Below, one piece after another: positions 34,845 to 40,000 of a stretch of 40,000 bases of DNA. Origin of the DNA: Nostoc sp. 'Peltigera membranacea cyanobiont' N6 (lineage in GTDB: Bacteria; Cyanobacteriota; Cyanobacteriia; Cyanobacteriales; Nostocaceae); the NCBI RefSeq assembly GCF_002949735.1, contig NZ_CP026681.1:5660771-5700770 (forward strand). The letters run 5' to 3'. Every line of letters starts with the position of its first letter. The stretch's first letter is position 1. The position numbers and the translations under genes are program-made. The notes beneath the pieces are model-generated. The model worked only from the letters and a program-made list of their open reading frames with translations. It was not told the DNA's origin and did not search any database.

Positions 34845-35318
34845 ATGGCTAGTGGATTTACTAGACAAGAAACCATCGCTCTGACTGGCATAAGCTCTGG
34901 CAGACTAAGCTACTTAGACAGAACAGAGTTGGTAGTGCCAGAAAAGTTTGGTAATCCTCAGCACCCTAAAGTCGTTTATAAGTGGCAGCAAATTCTAGAA
35001 ATAAAAACTATTGAAAGTTTAAGACAGAAGCTTTCATTACAAGAAATTAGAAAAGTTTTATATTTTTTAAAATTCAGAGATTATGAATATTCTTTTTTTA
35101 AGCATCGTCTTGTTTTTGTTAATTCACAACTTTATTTAATTGAAGATATGCAAGACTTCGGTTTGATGATTTTAGAAACATCTGGAAAAAATCAGGGGCA
35201 AGTTGTAATTCATGAAATTGGAGAAATAGGAGATGTGATTACAGAATTAGCAATAGAAGCAGAGAAACATCATGTTTTAGATTTTGATAAACGGACAGGA
35301 ATAGTTTTGAAGGGGTAA
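34845..35318 (+). CDS. MerR-like HTH protein
   Basis: The N-terminus FTRQETIALTGISSGRLSYLDRTELVVPEK fits the MerR HTH pattern (xTIGEVAxLTGVSxxTLRYYExxGLLxP). The C-terminal domain is unknown. Confidence 0.5.
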   Translation: MASGFTRQETIALTGISSGRLSYLDRTELVVPEKFGNPQHPKVVYKWQQILEIKTIESLRQKLSLQEIRKVLYFLKFRDYEYSFFKHRLVFVNSQLYLIEDMQDFGLMILETSGKNQGQVVIHEIGEIGDVITELAIEAEKHHVLDFDKRTGIVLKG

Positions 35319-35355
35319 GAGAAATACATATAAGAATCACAAGGAGAAACCAGTA

Positions 35356-38300
35356 ATGAGTTCTAATATAGCTGTAAATAAAATATACCAGCGAGTAATG
35401 GAGCATACTGGCTTCTATCATGATGGTGTGCCAACTACAGGAGTTACAGAAGCGGAAGATATTCGCAATAAAAATGAATATTTATACAAGTGCATTAAAT
35501 ATAGTGCTGTAATTAATCCTGAGCAAATTAACGCTACAGCAATCTATGAATTATCTGGTTCACCTTGTATTTATTTCACTCAATTAAATGAACCTAACCC
35601 TAGAGAGTTAGCTAAACTACATAAACTGTCTTGGAATCATGGTTCAGCCCCAATGTTGTGGGTAATTACACCTGAGCAGGTATTACTTTATAACTGTTAT
35701 TCTCAACCCACTAAACAAGATGAAAATGATCCAAACCGACATTTAATCGAGAGCTTTGAAACTACTGAAAGTGACTTGAACCGCATGAATCAATTCGCTA
35801 GTCGTCTGCAAATTGAATCAGGTGAGTTTTGGCAAAAGGTAGAAGCAAAGCAAATTGATCGTCAGCAAAGAGTAGATTCAGTTCTTGTAAAAGATTTGAA
35901 TCAGGCTGAAGAGAAATTAACAAAAGAAAAAAAATTAGAGCGTCAATTTGCTCACGCTCTTTTAATACGTTCTGTTTTTGTTGCTTATCTGCAAGATAGA
36001 GATATCTTAAATCAAGAATTTTTCTCTAGCCGCTTTGGAGTAGATTCATTTAATGAACTCCTAAATGATAAACTAGCTACTTATGAGTTATTTGAGTGGT
36101 TGCAAACGATTTTCAATGGGGATTTATTTCCTGTTTCAATAAAAGAAAGAGATGCTGTAGCCAAAAAACATCTTGAAGTTGCACAAAGTTTAATAGGTGG
36201 TGTAGAAGAAATAGGAACAGGTCAACAACGTCTATGGCGAGCTTATGATTTCAAAGTTATACCCATAGAATTGATTAGTTCAATTTATGAAAGTTTTATT
36301 TATGCTACTGATTCAAAATCAGCAAAAGAAAATAGTACACATTATACACCTATAAATTTAGTTGATTTGGTACTTTCTGAAGTATTTAAAGAACTTGATG
36401 GCGATGCTAAAGTTCTAGATTTAGCTTGTGGTTCAGGTGTATTTTTAGTTGAATCTCTGCGGAGATTAGTTGTTAAACGCTGGACTAATGGAGAATCACA
36501 AACTCGCCATCTAATTCGTGAAACTCTTTACAATCAAATTTATGGTGTAGATATTAATCCAGAAGCAGTTCAGATTGCGGCTTTTAGTCTTTACCTTACT
36601 GCTTTGGAATTAGATTATGAATTAGAGCAACATCGTCAATTAGCAGATGATTTAAAATTTCAAAAGCTAATAGGTAATAATTTATTTGCCAGTGACGCAT
36701 TTGATGAAACAGCAGAATTTAATCAAATAGAACAATTTACACATAAACAATTTAGTGCAATCGTTGGTAATCCACCTTGGACAAAACCTAAATCAAATAA
36801 ATCAGCAGAACAATATTGTGAGCGTAAGCGTCCTGATTCAGGTTATCCAGACGGATATCCTACAGCTTATGGTACACCTCCAGACCAAGCATTTTTATGG
36901 CGTATTGGCGACTTTGCTAATAATAAAACTTGCATTGGTTTAATTTTGCATGGCAAGCCTTTTTTCAGTAATGACACAGCAGCTACAAAAGCAAAAGAAT
37001 CTCTGTTGATGAGGTTTAAACCAAAAGTTATTGTTAATTTATCCAAACTGCGTAGAGAGCATATATTTCCTAATTCTGAAGCTCCAGCCATGATTTTAAT
37101 AGCAGAAGGTAAATATTCAGAACAGAGAGATTCTTTTTACTTTGTATGTCCAGAACGTTCTATAGATTTTCGACGACATGGCATTGTTGAAATTGGAGCA
37201 GAGCATATTAAAAAACTTCCGGTTTTTAGTACAGCATTAGAATCAAATATGCTAAAAATTGCTACTTGGGGTAGTGCTAGAGATATGTGCCTGATCCAAA
37301 AATTAGCAGATTTTACAAACATTAAACAAATTGCAGGAAATCCACCTAAGAATGGATTTAACTATGGAAATAAGCAAGAAATCCCACAAGAATTGATGAA
37401 TAAAAAATGTCTGCCTTCTAGCAAAATGCCCAGATATCAAATTGATGTAGATAAACTAGATTTCCCACCTGCAACAATGGAGTCTCCAAGGGATTCGCAA
37501 ATTTATAAAGCTCCATTGGTTATAATCTCACTAAGTGTTGATGGAAATGATGCCTTTTCTGCTTTTAGTCAAGAAGATGTTGTTTACACACAAAGATATT
37601 CAGGTATTTCTTTTGCAAAAGATCAAGTCAATTTAGCTCATTACTTGAATGGTGTTATCAATTCATCAATTATAAGTTACTTTTTATTCTTTACAGCTTC
37701 ATCATGGGGTATTGAGCGTAATGAAATAAAAACACAAGACTTAGGAATACTTCCTGTTCCTAAGCCAAATGAAGAAAACGAAAGATTTATTACTCAAATT
37801 ATTGAAATAGAAGGTAGATTGCGTGAATCTACCAATAAATCTGTTGAGAAAGATTTTAAAAAACAACTTGATGAAGCTGTATTTAATCTATACGGTTTAG
37901 ATGATAAAGAACGTATTTTAGTTGAAGACACTACGCAAATCACGATTGATTGGTATATGAATCGTGAGAAATCTACAACATTAAGAAGACCTAAAACTGC
38001 TGATTTAGAAGCGTATTCTATACAATTCATGAGTGTTATTAAACCATTTCTTCAGACACTTAACGAAAGAAGTATAGTTGCTGATATATTTAGTATTCCT
38101 AAAACAACATTAGAGGTGGTTAAGTTTAGCATAGTACCATACCTAGATCGTGAGCCAATTATACAAACTGTTCAGGCTGGGGATTTGGTGACTGTGCTGA
38201 AAAGCATTGCGGAACAACTACCGCCAAACTTGGCTGACCGCGTTTTCACCCGCCGTAATGCCAGAATTTATAACGGCGAATATTTATATATTATTAAACC

Positions 38301-38382
38301 TGCTCAACTGCGCTACTGGAGTCGTTCTGCTGGGTTAAATGATGCCGATACTGTTTTAGCTGAACATTTTAGGAATCGTTAA
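35356..38382 (+). CDS. gamma-class N6-adenine DNA methyltransferase, Eco57I/type IIG-like or PglX/DrmMI-like large architecture
   Basis: Motif X IYESFIY, HYTPINLV, motif I VLDLACGSGVFLVE, GVDINP, and motif IV IVGNPPW. About 330 aa precede the MTase core and about 500 aa follow it. Confidence 0.85.
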   Translation: MSSNIAVNKIYQRVMEHTGFYHDGVPTTGVTEAEDIRNKNEYLYKCIKYSAVINPEQINATAIYELSGSPCIYFTQLNEPNPRELAKLHKLSWNHGSAPMLWVITPEQVLLYNCYSQPTKQDENDPNRHLIESFETTESDLNRMNQFASRLQIESGEFWQKVEAKQIDRQQRVDSVLVKDLNQAEEKLTKEKKLERQFAHALLIRSVFVAYLQDRDILNQEFFSSRFGVDSFNELLNDKLATYELFEWLQTIFNGDLFPVSIKERDAVAKKHLEVAQSLIGGVEEIGTGQQRLWRAYDFKVIPIELISSIYESFIYATDSKSAKENSTHYTPINLVDLVLSEVFKELDGDAKVLDLACGSGVFLVESLRRLVVKRWTNGESQTRHLIRETLYNQIYGVDINPEAVQIAAFSLYLTALELDYELEQHRQLADDLKFQKLIGNNLFASDAFDETAEFNQIEQFTHKQFSAIVGNPPWTKPKSNKSAEQYCERKRPDSGYPDGYPTAYGTPPDQAFLWRIGDFANNKTCIGLILHGKPFFSNDTAATKAKESLLMRFKPKVIVNLSKLRREHIFPNSEAPAMILIAEGKYSEQRDSFYFVCPERSIDFRRHGIVEIGAEHIKKLPVFSTALESNMLKIATWGSARDMCLIQKLADFTNIKQIAGNPPKNGFNYGNKQEIPQELMNKKCLPSSKMPRYQIDVDKLDFPPATMESPRDSQIYKAPLVIISLSVDGNDAFSAFSQEDVVYTQRYSGISFAKDQVNLAHYLNGVINSSIISYFLFFTASSWGIERNEIKTQDLGILPVPKPNEENERFITQIIEIEGRLRESTNKSVEKDFKKQLDEAVFNLYGLDDKERILVEDTTQITIDWYMNREKSTTLRRPKTADLEAYSIQFMSVIKPFLQTLNERSIVADIFSIPKTTLEVVKFSIVPYLDREPIIQTVQAGDLVTVLKSIAEQLPPNLADRVFTRRNARIYNGEYLYIIKPAQLRYWSRSAGLNDADTVLAEHFRNR

Positions 38383-38385
38383 ATT

Positions 38386-39042
38386 ATGTTGCCATTGGAT
38401 GATTCAGGTGCTGTTGGACAACCATCAATTATTCAGCGATATGACATTATCGCAACAGTCCTTGATCTCATTCAAGCAGCTTGGATTAAAGTATGTCAAA
38501 AACCAGAGATTAATACCCAAAGTGACGAAGATACTATTGCTGGAGCTTTACATAATGAGATGTGGGCTGAAAAGGAACGCCGGGGTATATATGGGCCACC
38601 AAGAATTGAGAATGAAGCAGCAACAAGACGTTCTGACAAGAGCTTGAAGCCAGATGGTTTTATAGATTTTAAAATGGTTTATTCATGGAATATTGAAGAT
38701 TATTTTGGTCTAGAGTGCAAGAGAATAAGCAGTACAAAACCAGATAGAGATTTAGCAACAAAATATGTTTTAGAGGGTGTAAAAAGATTTGTTGTAGGAA
38801 CTTACAGTATAGGTCATGACTATGCAGCCATGCTAGGTTTTGTGATTGATGGTAAGGTTACTGAGTGTATTGATTTGATTTGCGATCGCCTTAATAAATA
38901 TAAAAATGAGATATCTTTGAAAGAAGATTGGGTTGACGAGCCAGGTTTTGGAACAACACAAAATATATATCGTACTCGTCATATTCAAGACGGTCAAAAT
39001 GATTTAATGACGATTCTCCATTTATTTCTCGTAGTTAATTAG
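38386..39042 (+). CDS. putative PD-(D/E)xK nuclease (candidate restriction endonuclease partner)
   Basis: KPDGFIDF is followed ~20 aa later by GLECKRIS, a PD...ExK arrangement. The gene starts 3 nt after the MTase stop. Confidence 0.5.
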   Translation: MLPLDDSGAVGQPSIIQRYDIIATVLDLIQAAWIKVCQKPEINTQSDEDTIAGALHNEMWAEKERRGIYGPPRIENEAATRRSDKSLKPDGFIDFKMVYSWNIEDYFGLECKRISSTKPDRDLATKYVLEGVKRFVVGTYSIGHDYAAMLGFVIDGKVTECIDLICDRLNKYKNEISLKEDWVDEPGFGTTQNIYRTRHIQDGQNDLMTILHLFLVVN

Positions 39043-39170
39043 ATTTTTATCCTTTGCATAGAATAATTTAAGCGTGGTATCATCACACTCCTCCACAACA
39101 CTATAATCCACAACGCTATAATCATTGATTAATTGAGGCACAATAGAACCAAAGGCACTGTGAATACACA

Positions 39171-39440
39171 ATGACTACTCAATTGATGGTTCAACCCTCA
39201 TCCTTAATGTCTTCTGGTATCAGGATGAGCGAATTCGGTGATATTTATCTTTTTAAATTTACCGATGAGCTACAGTCTCGCTTTGAAGAACTGTTGCAGA
39301 AGAAAAAAGCTGATGCGCTCACTCCTGAAGAAGAAGCTGAATATGTAGGCATTTCCGAACTTGAGCGAATATTTACCTTGATTAACGCTCAACTAGCAGC
39401 CAAAAGTAAATGGTGTCCGAACAAACTCGAAGACTTGTAA
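39171..39440 (+). CDS. hypothetical small protein preceding the HNH endonuclease
   Basis: ORF overlapping the HNH gene start by 31 nt. No motif recognised. Confidence 0.4.
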   Translation: MTTQLMVQPSSLMSSGIRMSEFGDIYLFKFTDELQSRFEELLQKKKADALTPEEEAEYVGISELERIFTLINAQLAAKSKWCPNKLEDL

Positions 39441-39856
39441 GAAAACGATCTGAATATCTCTGCGAATACTGTCACTCTCCAGAATACTTGAGTCCAGACC
39501 GTTTTACCATTGACCATATCATGCCGCAGTCTTTGGGTGGCTCTGATGAATTGGATAATTTGGCATTAGCTTGTCATCGCTGTAATGAGCGTCACTATAA
39601 TTTTACAGTAGGTACTGATCCCAACACTCAAAAACAAGTCCCTCTATTTCATCCCCGTCAGCAACAATGGTCTGAGCATTTTATTTGGACAAAAGACGGG
39701 ACAAAAATTGTCGGTACAACTTCTACAGGGAGAGCTACTAGCGATCGTTTTGACTTCAATGATGAACGTCGGGATGAGCCTTCGATTCAAGTTGCTCGTC
39801 GTTTTTGGGTAGAAGCGGGTTGGCATCCGCCCCAGTTAGATCCACGTCAAGAATAA
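39410..39856 (+). CDS. HNH endonuclease
   Basis: CEYCHSP...DHIMPQSLGGSDELDNLALACHRCNERH, a CxxC...DH...N...CxxCN HNH/zinc signature. Confidence 0.85.
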   Translation: MVSEQTRRLVRKRSEYLCEYCHSPEYLSPDRFTIDHIMPQSLGGSDELDNLALACHRCNERHYNFTVGTDPNTQKQVPLFHPRQQQWSEHFIWTKDGTKIVGTTSTGRATSDRFDFNDERRDEPSIQVARRFWVEAGWHPPQLDPRQE

Positions 39857-39862
39857 GAAGAA

Positions 39863-40000
39863 ATGTCATCCCGCTATATTCACTCCCGCCTAAGTTCCCG
39901 CCAAATCCCTGACTTACTCCAAACAATCTTCGTCGCCGAACTTATCACCCCCAGCCAATGCGTGTGGCTTGTTTCTCCGTGGATATCTGACATCCCCGTT
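39863..40000 (+). CDS. 5' fragment of an ORF running off the window
   Basis: ATG at 39863, open to the window edge (MSSRYIHSRLSSRQIPDLLQTIFVAELITPSQCVWLVSPWISDIPV). The xxxVWLVSPWIS segment resembles the first strand of PLD-type or other nuclease domains in defence proteins. This is unverified. Confidence 0.3.
   Translation, partial: MSSRYIHSRLSSRQIPDLLQTIFVAELITPSQCVWLVSPWISDIPV

Overview
The window reads as part of a large plasmid or plasmid-like accessory replicon from a filamentous, Nostocales-type cyanobacterium. That origin is inferred from about 25 copies of the HIP1 octamer GCGATCGC and from GC-rich short dispersed-repeat-like elements. The left ~15 kb holds replicon maintenance genes. 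It has three small (partly acidic-tailed) proteins, an AAA+ ATPase, and an actin-like (ParM-type) partition cassette with an 11-bp iteron centromere. It also has a truncated sigma-70 pseudogene, a ParA/ParB cassette with operator-like repeats, a degraded IS transposase, an HTH regulator, a winged-helix Rep-like gene containing internal iterons, DnaB, and a PSKN-repeat protein. The right ~25 kb is a co-oriented defence island. QueD overlaps a 726-aa fusion of a YaaA/DUF328-like domain with a TGT-fold (DpdA-like) domain, and a second, shorter TGT-like protein follows. Next come an SNF2 helicase, a RecQ-like helicase, a 302-aa ORF, a 1051-aa P-loop protein, a 233-aa coiled-coil ORF and a 1507-aa DEAH helicase with a DUF1998-like tail. 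That order matches dpdE-F-G-H-I-J of the Dpd 7-deazaguanine DNA modification/restriction system, as I recall it. I see no DpdB, no free-standing DpdC, no DpdD, and no folE, queC or queE. Immediately downstream lie a MerR-like gene, a 1008-aa gamma-class N6-adenine methyltransferase, a PD-(D/E)xK protein, an HNH endonuclease pair and a partial ORF. No rRNA, tRNA or CRISPR array was found. All family assignments come from motifs read by eye and need profile searches to confirm.
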